A stretch of 64,000 nt of DNA from Alphaproteobacteria bacterium (GTDB lineage: Bacteria > Pseudomonadota > Alphaproteobacteria > Micavibrionales > Micavibrionaceae), in contig JBKBPR010000007.1 of the NCBI GenBank assembly GCA_046293135.1, positions 6,026 through 70,025 of the forward strand, written 5' to 3'. Positions 18,814 to 28,075 of the stretch are shown piece after piece (position 1 is the first letter of the stretch; each line of letters begins with the position of its first letter). The notes beneath the pieces are model-generated. The model saw only the letters and a list, made by a program, of their open reading frames with translations, searched no databases and was not told where the DNA came from. Position numbers and translations under genes: made by a program.

Positions 18814-19167
18814 TTAATCGTTATCTTCTGGATTAGGATTATTGCTATCCGATTTGGAAGGGGGCGTTGCATCGCCCTTTTCTTTTGAATCAAACAATCC
18901 TTGCTTAATTAAATAGTCCCTATAACTTTTGGGATGCTTTAATCTCATAGCATTAGTATCCGGCTTTAAAAAATAGAACCGCACACCGTTTTTTCTGTCT
19001 TCATGCAGGACAGGCCAACCGTATCCATGAATAAGAATATGAATGATAGCGGCCAGTCTCCAGCCCCTAACCGCCTTAAACTCGCAAGCATGTGAAAATT
19101 TATGACCATCGGCAAGCATGGCGCATGCCCATGCAATTTGTGTTGTATCAGAATACCAGCGGCTCAT
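18814..19167 (-). CDS. Hypothetical protein (island B)
   Basis: 117-aa ORF with a 4-nt overlap with the upstream HTH gene and a low-complexity acidic/Pro tail. Confidence 0.45.
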   Translation of the reverse strand: MSRWYSDTTQIAWACAMLADGHKFSHACEFKAVRGWRLAAIIHILIHGYGWPVLHEDRKNGVRFYFLKPDTNAMRLKHPKSYRDYLIKQGLFDSKEKGDATPPSKSDSNNPNPEDND

Positions 19168-19358
19168 AATTTGCCCCCGTTCTGGCCTTCAAGCCATTCT
19201 AAGAAGCGCTCTTCATTGATAAGTATTTTGCGGCCAACACGTTTAATGGCCTTATCAATGCCGTTCTTGGTTTCGTGAAAGATATGATAGCGAAGCGAGG
19301 CTTCACTGAATGCAGGATGTTTTGCGGCCATCTGCTTTACCGTTAAATAGTTAGGCAT
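19164..19358 (-). CDS. HTH_17/excisionase-like small protein (island B)
   Basis: ...LRYHIFHETKNGIDKAIKRVGRKILINEERFLEWLEGQNGG; homologous to the frameshifted 13530-13758 gene. Confidence 0.65.
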   Translation of the reverse strand: MPNYLTVKQMAAKHPAFSEASLRYHIFHETKNGIDKAIKRVGRKILINEERFLEWLEGQNGGKL

Positions 19359-19479
19359 GCTTAATGCTCCCTCTACCTAGAAATTTGCTCAACACTCACC
19401 ATGAATGTTGATAATTCCTAAGTTATCAGGACGTTTTCACGGCTATCGTATTTCCGTGAAAAAATCACTTTATCCGTGA

Positions 19480-20964
19480 TTAAGCTGCTTCAGGGTAATT
19501 CCTTTTCTTTGTATTGTATTCGGAAACTACGTTGTTAAAGCGTTCCCTTTTCATTTTTTGTTCAACACCTCTATAGCTGCACCATATAATTTCTGTTTCT
19601 GTGACTTCCTGAAGGCAATCATAACTTTCTTTATGTTTGCGAATATAGTTCCAGACTTCATGTGCATGGGCTGTTTTATCTTTAAAGCCAAGTATAAGGA
19701 TGATATTCCCGATTAAATCATGTAGCTGACTTCTGCGCTTTTTCGACTGTGCTTCCGCAGCTTTTTTGTTTTCAGTAGCGCTTTGGTCTTTTGCCTCCCT
19801 GCTTTCATGCATTTCCAGTAAATCTAGTAAAGGCTGTGGCGGGTTATGTTCTGTATTTTTCAAGAACCAAGAAACAATTTCTTTAGGCTTAAATAACTTT
19901 TGTCCGGCTATATTGTTGCCTTCAGAAATTATTTCTCTTGCCAAGCAGTGTCTTTCAAACTTGTCTTCTAGAGTGCTAAGAACCTCTTCATCTACATCTT
20001 TAGTCTTATAATAACCGCGAACATGGTTTCCTTGACCAAACCTAAAATCATTAAACTCTTTTCTTTTTGGTGTGCCTTTTTCATCATTTCTGGGGTCTGT
20101 CCCACGAAATAAAGCCTTTGCCTCCTCAAAAGTCCAAACCCCTTGGTCTAACCAATAATTATAAAATTTATATGCCCAGCCTGCCTGTGAATATTCAGGA
20201 AGAATTTTTAGTTTAGAAACAATACTATCATGGAAAATATAGCCCTCATCATAGACGGCATTAAGAAAGCCCTGTAAATCACCTTGCCATAAGTTTTTCT
20301 TTTTTATGTTATTTACAGCATCACATAGACCTTGATAAGCCCCAAAAGCTATCCCTTGTGATTTCAAGAAATCAGTGTATTGCGAACAGAAAAATCTCTC
20401 TTCCTCCGTTCTCTTGTTCCACGGCTTATAAGCTATTTCTGTAAATTTAATTAGAAATGAGTGCTCAAAGCCAAATGGCAGACCTATGGCCTCATCCTCA
20501 CTTATTTCTTCTTTTTCTAAAATCGTATCGTAACCACATTCATACTGGCCATGATTATAGTATTTATCAAAGTGTGTTGGCTTTTCACTAATTGAAGATA
20601 GATACATAAGAAAATCAGGGTGCATATAGAGGCCACAATGAAATAGGCTACCAAGTTCATAAAGGATATTTACAAGGGCGTGCTTATCCATGGACTTATC
20701 CAGCCAATACTTTTCAAGCATGTGCCTTCTTATTCCACTAAATTTATCCCCATATAGAGTATCGCGCTCTATGTAATCGTAAAATTCAACAAAATACTCC
20801 GCGGCTTCATTCGATTTATCCGGCCTATTTGCCCACTCATGCGCCGCTGGATTTATACCCAGCGCAAGAGTAACCAGCTCTTCTTTTGTAAGGTCTTTCT
20901 TATTCCACCAATATGCGTAGTCCGGTGTAAATTCAGGCTCAACCATCACCAAAAATCCTTTCAT
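19480..20964 (-). CDS. Large orphan protein in the integrase-adjacent slot of island B
   Basis: 494-aa ORF in visibly AT-rich sequence. Its start overlaps the integrase 3' end (26 nt, or 8 nt from M7). It has an internally repeated W..(W)T.EE...L..G.(N/D)P module. No known catalytic motif recognised. Confidence 0.55.
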   Translation of the reverse strand: MKGFLVMVEPEFTPDYAYWWNKKDLTKEELVTLALGINPAAHEWANRPDKSNEAAEYFVEFYDYIERDTLYGDKFSGIRRHMLEKYWLDKSMDKHALVNILYELGSLFHCGLYMHPDFLMYLSSISEKPTHFDKYYNHGQYECGYDTILEKEEISEDEAIGLPFGFEHSFLIKFTEIAYKPWNKRTEEERFFCSQYTDFLKSQGIAFGAYQGLCDAVNNIKKKNLWQGDLQGFLNAVYDEGYIFHDSIVSKLKILPEYSQAGWAYKFYNYWLDQGVWTFEEAKALFRGTDPRNDEKGTPKRKEFNDFRFGQGNHVRGYYKTKDVDEEVLSTLEDKFERHCLAREIISEGNNIAGQKLFKPKEIVSWFLKNTEHNPPQPLLDLLEMHESREAKDQSATENKKAAEAQSKKRRSQLHDLIGNIILILGFKDKTAHAHEVWNYIRKHKESYDCLQEVTETEIIWCSYRGVEQKMKRERFNNVVSEYNTKKRNYPEAA

Positions 20965-22027
20965 TCATCTTTGCCACCACCGTGCTTGTATGGGCTTCGG
21001 ATAGGTGGGCGTAGCGTTTCACCATTTGTAGGGTTTTATGCCCTAGCACTTCCGCAATCTCGGCCAGTGTTGCGCCGTTCATGGCCAGATAAGAAGCGGC
21101 GCTATGGCGTAAATCATGAAAACGAAAATCTTCTATTTCTGCCTTATCAAGTGCATTTACCCACGCCTTACGAATATCGATAGGCTGAAAAATTAGTTTG
21201 CCGGATTTGTCTTTGCTGACCTTCTTTGAAGGGAAAACATAATCGCACCCTAACGGTCTGATTTTGGAATGCGCTTTCATAAGTTCCATAGCGTGCCCCT
21301 GAAGCGGCAAAATGCGGCGCTCTCCGTTTTTGGTTTCATGCAAGGTAATGACGCTGCGATTAAAATCTATATCCTGCCATTTCAGGCTCAAGATTTCTGT
21401 CTTGCGAGCACCAGTGCTTAGAGCCAGCACAACAATGGTGTAAAGATAAGCGTTCTCACTGAGTTTACAGGCTTCCAATAACAACTTGCGCTCATCATCA
21501 TCCAAAAATCGTACGCGGCCTCTGGATTCTTTATATTTACTGACATTCGTAACGGGGTTATCCGATACCCACCCCCATTCTTTACGGGCGATGGTGAAGA
21601 CATGGCTTAGGGCTTGTGTGTATCTATTAGCAGTTGTCGAACCAACGGCGCGGCCATACTGATTTACTGAACCTAGTAATGTAGAGCGTTTTTCAACTAT
21701 CATAGCGGGCGTTATATCGGCAAGTGCATAAGCTCCAATTTCCTTACGCCACCATTTTAAATAAGTAATTTGATTGACCGGATTTTCACGCTGCGACAAA
21801 ACATCTTTAAAATAGCGGTCTATCGCTTCACCCATAGTGCGCTTTTTGGCTTCAGAGGATTTAAAGTGTTTGCCGCGCCGAATATCGGCCTCGGTTTGCT
21901 GTGCCCAAAGCCTTGCATCGGTCAGCCTTTGGAATGATGCCGTTTCAGTGGGGTGTCCTTTTATCCGAATTTGCACACGGTAAGATGTTTCACCACTTTT
22001 CAAATTTCGCTTTTGTATATTAGCCAT
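20939..22027 (-). CDS. int: Tyrosine recombinase/integrase (island B)
   Basis: ...LALSTGARKTEILSLKW...HDLRHSAASYLAMNGATLAEIAEVLGHKTLQMVKRYAHL. Next to tRNA-fMet. Confidence 0.9.
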   Translation of the reverse strand: MANIQKRNLKSGETSYRVQIRIKGHPTETASFQRLTDARLWAQQTEADIRRGKHFKSSEAKKRTMGEAIDRYFKDVLSQRENPVNQITYLKWWRKEIGAYALADITPAMIVEKRSTLLGSVNQYGRAVGSTTANRYTQALSHVFTIARKEWGWVSDNPVTNVSKYKESRGRVRFLDDDERKLLLEACKLSENAYLYTIVVLALSTGARKTEILSLKWQDIDFNRSVITLHETKNGERRILPLQGHAMELMKAHSKIRPLGCDYVFPSKKVSKDKSGKLIFQPIDIRKAWVNALDKAEIEDFRFHDLRHSAASYLAMNGATLAEIAEVLGHKTLQMVKRYAHLSEAHTSTVVAKMNERIFGDG

Positions 22028-22150
22028 TGTTATTTCCTGTGTTTATAATTTAGAAAAAACGGCAAAAAATAGCAACATAAGATATATAAACTGAAGCACT
22101 TATCAACAAACCGCAATAAAAACAGTTAGATAGAAACAATATCTTTTCTT

Positions 22151-22249
22151 GTGGCACACTTATGGCACAGTAAAGCGTAAATATGCCCTATTTTTAGCCG
22201 TGTGTTCTATTGTGAATGATTGACTTTAGGTGTGCCACCAGTGTGCCAT
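22151..22249. promoter_or_regulatory. Candidate arm-type sites of island B, integrase-proximal end
   Basis: GTGGCACAC (22151-22159) and ATGGCACAG (22162-22170) in inverted orientation; GGTGTGCCAC (22229-22238) and AGTGTGCCAT (22240-22249) in direct orientation. Confidence 0.45.
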
Positions 22250-22296
22250 GAGGCTTTTTTATTCTGGTGTGATTTCTCTGAAACCCTTGATTTAAT

Positions 22297-22373
<77 letters not shown>

Positions 22374-22546
22374 TCAAAAACGAATGAGTGAAGAAATCAC
22401 TCAGGCCTGTTTATATACGCCTTGAAACGCCGAGGGTCAAGCGTTACATTCGTGTTTATTGGCGTTCGAGCGTTGAAACGGCGTGTAGCCTCCGAAAGTC
22501 ATATATAATCAATGCGTTACCCTGTGTGAAGGCAGCATAAAATAAA

Positions 22547-23749
22547 ATGCCCCAAAGCGACAACATAACCGAGAACACTCATAATAACGGCGATGCTCAA
22601 AGCCGTAAGCAGAGCCGCAGCCAGAGCCAGAGCCAGAGGCAAAAGCGTGCGGAGATAGCAATTCTTGGCGCGGGGGTGATGGGGCTTAGCTGCGCCGTGG
22701 CGCTGGTTGAGCGCGGCGTGAAGGCGATCACAATTTACGATCCGCAACCGCTTAACAGCGCCGCCAGCCATCAAAACGCAAGCACAAGCACAAACTCAAA
22801 TACAGACCAAACCACAAACGCCAGCGCCAAGGCCGGTGGCATGCTTGCCCCTTATAGCGAGATCGAGCACATGGATATGCGCTGGGTTGCGGCGGGGCTG
22901 AGGGGGATCGAACGATGGCGCACGCTATCTGCTTATCTGGAGACGGGGTTTGTGCAAAATGGCAGCCTGCTCATTGCCAATGCGCCCGACCGTCACAGCC
23001 TTGAGAGGTTTCGCCATCATTTGCCGCACGAAAAGCGGGATTATTGCGCCCCGCATATGATCGAGCCGATGTTGCCTGAGAAATTCAAAGCCGCGCTCTA
23101 TCTTGAAGAGGAAGCACATTTAGAGCCGCAAAAAACGCTACGCGCGCTGATGGAATATCTCTCGGATAAGGTAAGTTTTGTTCAAAAAGCCATACAATCC
23201 CCCGCTGCAATGAAAGATATAAAGGCTGACCATATCCTTGATTGCCGCGGTATGGGCGCAGCCGCAGCGCAGCCGCATTTAAGAGGCGTGAAGGGGGAAA
23301 CCGCCATCGTCCGCAACCCTGAATTTTCGTTGAGCAGGCCTGTGCGGATTATGCATCCGCGCTACCCGCTTTATGTTGTGCCGCGCCCCGCGCATATTTT
23401 CATGATCGGTGCGACCGTCATCGAAAGTGACGAGGCGCAATCCGTATCGCTGAAATCCTCCATGGAGCTGATGAGCGCGCTTTACAGCCTTCACAGCAGT
23501 TTCGGCGAAGCACAAATTCTAGAGTTTAGTGCTGGCATTCGCCCGTCTTATGCTGATAACCTGCCCAAGATTGGCGTAAGCGGGCGCATCATCTCCGCCA
23601 ACGGGCTGTTCCGCCATGGCTATTTGCTCGCCCCCGTAATGGCGGGTGCAATTGCCGAATATATTTGTGACAACAAGAAAAATGACGATTGGGATTTGTT
23701 TTATGACGCAAAAAGCTCTCATCAGGCTGACGATCAACGGGCAGCCTAA
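22547..23749 (+). CDS. thiO: Glycine oxidase ThiO (FAD-dependent), with a low-complexity N-terminal extension
   Basis: Rossmann motif IAILGAGVMGLSCA; operon context with thiS/thiG. The N-terminal SRSQSQSQ is encoded by (GCCAGA)3 at 22620-22637. Confidence 0.8.
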   Translation: MPQSDNITENTHNNGDAQSRKQSRSQSQSQRQKRAEIAILGAGVMGLSCAVALVERGVKAITIYDPQPLNSAASHQNASTSTNSNTDQTTNASAKAGGMLAPYSEIEHMDMRWVAAGLRGIERWRTLSAYLETGFVQNGSLLIANAPDRHSLERFRHHLPHEKRDYCAPHMIEPMLPEKFKAALYLEEEAHLEPQKTLRALMEYLSDKVSFVQKAIQSPAAMKDIKADHILDCRGMGAAAAQPHLRGVKGETAIVRNPEFSLSRPVRIMHPRYPLYVVPRPAHIFMIGATVIESDEAQSVSLKSSMELMSALYSLHSSFGEAQILEFSAGIRPSYADNLPKIGVSGRIISANGLFRHGYLLAPVMAGAIAEYICDNKKNDDWDLFYDAKSSHQADDQRAA

Positions 23750-23921
23750 AAACTTTGAAGCGCCGCTGAATCTTTATGATGTTCTGGCGCAAGAAGATGT
23801 GATCGGTATGATGATCGCCGTGGCGTGCAATCATCAGGTCGTACCGAAAAGCGCATGGCAAGACACCCCCATAAGTGACGGTGATATGATCGAAATCCTC
23901 GCCCCGATGCAGGGCGGATAA
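23703..23921 (+). CDS. thiS: Sulfur-carrier protein ThiS
   Basis: MTQKALIRLTINGQPK...GDMIEILAPMQGG ends in GG and is ~72 aa. It overlaps the thiO 3' end. Confidence 0.85.
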   Translation: MTQKALIRLTINGQPKNFEAPLNLYDVLAQEDVIGMMIAVACNHQVVPKSAWQDTPISDGDMIEILAPMQGG

Positions 23922-23978
23922 GGCAAGATACTGCATCAAATATTGACATAGCGCCGCTTGCCCTGATAAGAAACCCTT

Positions 23979-24350
23979 ATGAGCGCAGCACAATTAAAAG
24001 CAGTTTTTTTAAGGCAATCCGAACCGCCAGACGGCAGGGGAGAAAACGGGATTATTGCGCAATGCGTCTTATACCCCGCCCGCGAAAATCATCCCCGTGA
24101 CGATGAAATGCGTAATGCCGCACAAATGGCGATTGATGTGGCACAGGCTCAGTTGAAAAAAGCCTATGAAACGTCGCGGACGGGAAGGATCTATGACCTT
24201 TATGTTCGGCTGCAATATTCCGATTGTCATGGGAGCGCTGAATTGAGTGTGACCTGCGCGGATTCAGTCGATAAGATTGTCAGACAGATCAAAAGCGAGA
24301 TTTTTGCACAAACATCAAGCGTCATTCAAAACGCATTCGATGCAGAATAA
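23979..24350 (+). CDS. Hypothetical protein inserted between thiS and thiG
   Basis: 123-aa ORF, co-directional with its neighbours. No motif recognised. Confidence 0.4.
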   Translation: MSAAQLKAVFLRQSEPPDGRGENGIIAQCVLYPARENHPRDDEMRNAAQMAIDVAQAQLKKAYETSRTGRIYDLYVRLQYSDCHGSAELSVTCADSVDKIVRQIKSEIFAQTSSVIQNAFDAE

Positions 24351-24380
24351 TTTTTAACGACATTATTTTCAGATTTATAT

Positions 24381-25193
24381 ATGCTTCAGAGCATGAAAAC
24401 TGATCCGCTGATTATTGACGATAAAACGCTTCAATCCCGCCTTTTTCTTGGTACGGCGGGCTATCCCTCGCCTGAGGATCTCAGACTTTCCATCGAACGG
24501 TCAAATCCCGGATTGCTTACGGTTTCTTTGCGCCGTGAAAGTGCAGCAGGAAAAGGGCAAAAATTCTGGGATATTATTAAGGGCTTTGATATTCCCGTCC
24601 TGCCCAATACGGCCGGATGTTATGATGTGCGCGAAGCCGTGACAACGGCGGAAATGGCGCGGGAAATCTTCGCCACGAACTGGATCAAGCTGGAGGTGAT
24701 CGGCGATGATTACTCGCTCCAGCCCGACCCGTTCAAGCTTTTGAGCGCGGCGGAAGAGCTTATCGGCAAAGGGTTTAAAGTCTTCCCGTATATGACCGAT
24801 GATCTTGTTCTGGCGCAAAATCTGGCGGATATCGGCTGTGATATTTTGATGCCGTGGGGCGCGCCGATCGGTTCTGGCCGCGGGCTGAACAATCCCTATG
24901 CGCTCAAACAATTGCGCAGCCGTTTCCCTGATAGCCTGCTGGTTGTGGATGCGGGGATTGGTGCGCCCTCCCATGCGGCGGCGGCGATGGAAATGGGCTA
25001 TGATGCCATTTTGCTGAATACGGCTGTGTCAAAATCGGGGCAGCCTGCTGATATGGCGCTTGGATTTTCCAGGGCGATAGAGGCGGGGAGGCTGGCCTAT
25101 CTTGCGGGGATTATCGTGCCGCAGGAAAGCGCCGAGCCGTCAACGCCGCTGATTGACAAGCCGTTCTGGCATCAGGAAAAACAGAGCGGCTGA
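24381..25193 (+). CDS. thiG: Thiazole synthase ThiG
   Basis: ...[10 protein letters not shown]...VLPNTAGC...IKLEVIGD...[13 protein letters not shown]... canonical ThiG motifs. Confidence 0.9.
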   Translation: MLQSMKTDPLIIDDKTLQSRLFLGTAGYPSPEDLRLSIERSNPGLLTVSLRRESAAGKGQKFWDIIKGFDIPVLPNTAGCYDVREAVTTAEMAREIFATNWIKLEVIGDDYSLQPDPFKLLSAAEELIGKGFKVFPYMTDDLVLAQNLADIGCDILMPWGAPIGSGRGLNNPYALKQLRSRFPDSLLVVDAGIGAPSHAAAAMEMGYDAILLNTAVSKSGQPADMALGFSRAIEAGRLAYLAGIIVPQESAEPSTPLIDKPFWHQEKQSG

Positions 25194-25259
25194 TAGAGCT
25201 TAAGGGAATTAGAGCTTGAAAAAATTAAAGCATAAGCAAATCAGAGAATTTAAAAACGA

Positions 25260-26408
25260 ATGATGACGATGACTTCCCCTCTCAACAGCGCTGATATGGA
25301 GCGATATGCCCGCCACCTCGCTTTGCCGGAATTTGGGATTGCGGCGCAAGGCAGGCTTAAATCGGCGCATATTCTCGTGGTCGGGGCGGGCGGTTTGGGC
25401 GCGGCGGCGCTGCCTTATCTCGCGGGGGCGGGGATCGGTGCGATCACAATTTGCGATGATGATATGGTCAGCCTCAGCAATTTGCACCGCCAGACAATCT
25501 ACACGGCGGCGCAGGGCGTAGCAGGGGATTGGGCCAAGGCTGATGCGGCGGCGGCCTATATGGCTGCGCTTAATCCTGATATTGCCATTCATGTTATTAA
25601 ATCGCGCTTTGATGAGGATTTTGCAGGCGGCCATCGCTATGATCTGATCTTGGATGGCAGCGATAATTTCAAAACCAAGACGGCGCTCAATCTATATGCG
25701 CTGCGCCATCAAACTCCGCTTATCTCGGCCAGTGTCAATCAATTCCAGGGGCAGTGCGGTGTGTTTGCGGGGCATGAGGCCGATGCGCCGTGTTATCATT
25801 GCCTGTTTCCCGAATTGCCGCACAATGCCCGCAACTGTAACGAGGCCGGCGTACTCGGCACGGCGGCGGGGCTGACGGGGTTGTATCAGGCGCATTTGGC
25901 GATTTTATATCTTGCCGCGCTGGAAACGGATATGAAGGATAACGTGCCGCAAAGCATTGGTGCGGGGTATTTCCTCAGTCTGGATTTTAAAACCATGCGC
26001 AATAGTGTTTTGCGCGTTCCGAAAAACAGCGACTGCAACGTTTGTAAGGATTATATCGTTTCGCAGCCCGCGCAAGCTGCACAGATTGCGCAAGCCACTG
26101 ATAAAAATACCCGGCACAATATCAAGAAGGATAGACCGACTATGATCGAATTGCTCAGCCTGCAAGATTTACAAAATCAGGATCACATTATTGTTGATGT
26201 GCGCACGCCGCCGGAGCTGTCCGATGATCCGATTGCGGGGGCGCTGCATATCGAGCTGAAAGAGATTCCGGCGCGCTATCACGAATTGCCGCAGGATAAA
26301 TTGCTGGCCTTTGTGTGCGCTGGCAATGTCCGCAGCCGTCAAGCCGCGGAATATCTGGCGGCGCTCGGCTTTGATAATGTTGCGGTGCTGGATAAATTCT
26401 CGTTGTGA
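25260..26408 (+). CDS. thiF: ThiF/MoeB-type adenylyltransferase fused to a C-terminal rhodanese domain
   Basis: RYARHLALPEFG...VVGAGGLGAAALPYLAGAGIG...NLHRQ...; CxxC pairs. The C-terminal rhodanese-like region is ...VDVRTPPE...AFVCAGNVRSRQAAEYL. Confidence 0.85.
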   Translation: MMTMTSPLNSADMERYARHLALPEFGIAAQGRLKSAHILVVGAGGLGAAALPYLAGAGIGAITICDDDMVSLSNLHRQTIYTAAQGVAGDWAKADAAAAYMAALNPDIAIHVIKSRFDEDFAGGHRYDLILDGSDNFKTKTALNLYALRHQTPLISASVNQFQGQCGVFAGHEADAPCYHCLFPELPHNARNCNEAGVLGTAAGLTGLYQAHLAILYLAALETDMKDNVPQSIGAGYFLSLDFKTMRNSVLRVPKNSDCNVCKDYIVSQPAQAAQIAQATDKNTRHNIKKDRPTMIELLSLQDLQNQDHIIVDVRTPPELSDDPIAGALHIELKEIPARYHELPQDKLLAFVCAGNVRSRQAAEYLAALGFDNVAVLDKFSL

Positions 26409-26490
26409 GTTTTAATCCAAACGATTAATGCGCAGCGCTCACAGGACTCTAATGCTCCTAAGCTAATCCAATCAGATTAAGCCGCCCAGA

Positions 26491-27033
26491 CTAAGCCGCT
26501 TTTTCCTGCTTCTTAGCGCGCTCAATCCCATCAAGGATCATTTGCTTGGCCTCGTCCTTGCCGCGCCAGCCAAGCGTTTTTGACCACTTGCCCTTTTCGA
26601 GATCCTTGTAATGCGTGAAGAAATGCTCAATCGCCTGACGGTTAATCTCGCGCAGATCGGTGTAATCCTCAACATCATTGTGATAGGGGTGAACGCGCGG
26701 AGCAGGGACGGCAATGATTTTCTCATCCGTGCCGCCGTCATCTTCCATCAGCAAAACACCGACAGGGCGAACGGGCATAATCGCGCCGGGCATGACGGGG
26801 GTTCTGCCGACGGCCAGAATATCAACCGGATCACCATCGCCCGATAGCGTATGCGGGATAAAGCCGTAATTGCCGGGGTAAAACATAGCGGTATGCAAAA
26901 AGCGGTCGACCATCATCGCGCCTGTTTCTTTATCCAGCTCATATTTGACGGGAATACCGCCGAGCGCGTTCTCGACGATCATATTGACCTCGTTTGGAAC
27001 ATCTTCACCGATTTTGATTTTTGAGAGATACAT
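26491..27033 (-). CDS. ppa: Inorganic pyrophosphatase (family I)
   Basis: ...VENALGGIPVKYELDKETG...VDRFL...YPGNYGFIPHTLSGDGDPVDILA... canonical. Confidence 0.92.
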   Translation of the reverse strand: MYLSKIKIGEDVPNEVNMIVENALGGIPVKYELDKETGAMMVDRFLHTAMFYPGNYGFIPHTLSGDGDPVDILAVGRTPVMPGAIMPVRPVGVLLMEDDGGTDEKIIAVPAPRVHPYHNDVEDYTDLREINRQAIEHFFTHYKDLEKGKWSKTLGWRGKDEAKQMILDGIERAKKQEKAA

Positions 27034-27120
27034 GGCAGCACAACCTTTATTTTTCTGATGGATTTCAAAATTATTTGATATTCCATATCATTTTTTTGCA
27101 CTGCACACAATCCGCTTATC

Positions 27121-27165
27121 AAAAAAATATAAGCCCCGAAAACAGTCTTGCTTTCGAGGCTTATA
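27121..27165 (-). terminator. Rho-independent terminator after the 39-aa ORF
   Basis: On the minus strand, the ATATAAGCC(T)CGAAA...TTTCG(G)GGCTTATAT hairpin is followed by T7. Confidence 0.6.
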
Positions 27166-27209
27166 TAAAAATGTAGAGAATAGAATTTTTTAAAATTGAC
27201 CGAACGGTT

Positions 27210-27329
27210 TTACTTTTGCTCTTGCTGATCTTCGATAGAGCCGTTGTCGTTCGACGGATTGCATTTTTTGCGGTTAATATTTTCGGGAATAAAGATAACG
27301 CCACCCGATGCTGATGCACATGCCTTCAT
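27210..27329 (-). CDS. Small ORF (39 aa) with a consensus Shine-Dalgarno sequence
   Basis: TAGGAGGACTTT precedes an ATG. The product is MKACASASGGVIFIPENINRKKCNPSNDNGSIEDQQEQK, with its own terminator downstream. It is below the ORF-track length cutoff. Confidence 0.35.
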   Translation of the reverse strand: MKACASASGGVIFIPENINRKKCNPSNDNGSIEDQQEQK

Positions 27330-27495
27330 AAAGTCCTCCTAAAAATCATCCAATGAATGATTGCATCATACACGAAAAGCAGGCTTTTCTCAAAATAATC
27401 TTGTTTTGCAGAGCACAAAATTGAAACTATAGTTCAAAAAACCATATATCCGTATTTCTCGCTTTTGGCCTTGAAATCTTTTATGTTCAATTTTC

Positions 27496-27524
27496 TTGAC
27501 CTTTTTCTCATAATCTGTTATTTT
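27496..27524 (+). promoter_or_regulatory. Candidate sigma-70 promoter of cspA, giving a ~230-nt 5' UTR
   Basis: TTGACC, then 17 nt, then TATTTT. A long leader is typical of cold-shock genes. Confidence 0.3.
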
Positions 27525-27760
27525 ACGCTATCGTTTGAAATGATGCTCTTTCTTAATTACAGAGCTTTTGTAGGTTTTCCTTGTAAAGATCCACCTTTAA
27601 TACGGTTTCGAAACAAGGTTGTGAGAATAAAAATTCACCGTTCCTCGGATAAAGTTCAGTTTTATCGAACAGTTTTTCAAAAATCGAACGAAACACAATG
27701 GCAGGCCGCAATCATGCTGGCACTGTCATAAATGAACTTTGCACGTGAAAGGAAAAAATC

Positions 27761-27982
27761 ATGCAAGAACAACAAACTGGTACAGTAAAATGGTTCAACG
27801 ATCAAAAAGGCTTTGGCTTTATCCAGCCTAGCAATGGCGGAACAGATGTTTTCGTTCATATCAGCGCTGTTGAGCGTGCGGGAATGCGCACACTGACAGA
27901 AGGCCAGACGATCAGCTATGACCTGCAGCACGACCCGAAAAAGGGTAAAGACAGTGCGGCAAATCTGAAAGCTGCTGCTTAA
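27761..27982 (+). CDS. cspA: Cold-shock protein (CspA family)
   Basis: [17 protein letters not shown]...DVFVHISAV (RNP1/RNP2 motifs). Confidence 0.92.
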   Translation: MQEQQTGTVKWFNDQKGFGFIQPSNGGTDVFVHISAVERAGMRTLTEGQTISYDLQHDPKKGKDSAANLKAAA

Positions 27983-28010
27983 TTATAAGCTCACAATTTT
28001 GAATAATGTT

Positions 28011-28037
28011 TACTGTGCGGGTTCAATCCGCACAGTA
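28011..28037 (+). other. 10-bp perfect hairpin between cspA and rhlE (weak terminator or processing site)
   Basis: TACTGTGCGG gttcaat CCGCACAGTA, with no clear U-tract. Confidence 0.4.
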
Positions 28038-28075
28038 GCCTTATCTATTCAAAAGTACTTCGAGAAAGAAAAACA

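Larger units (their letters stand above)
15866..22296 (-). mobile_element. Integrative island B: int - 494-aa orphan - HTH - small ORF - PrimPol - DUF3987, bounded by the tRNA-fMet 3'-half direct repeats
   Basis: Flanked by 15821-15865 and 22297-22341. The 19-nt repeat gtgtgccaccagtgtgcca is present near both ends (15984-16002 and 22230-22248). Confidence 0.85.

Noticed and set aside
22374-22546. I looked for a TPP riboswitch upstream of thiO.
   Set aside because: I could not find the conserved CUGAGA or pyrimidine-sensor helix sequences by eye. A covariance-model scan is needed to be certain.
22620-22637. I considered whether the (GCCAGA)3 microsatellite in the thiO 5' region is a phase-variation switch.
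   Set aside because: The repeat unit is 6 nt, so copy-number changes keep the frame. At most they alter the length of a low-complexity N-terminal extension.
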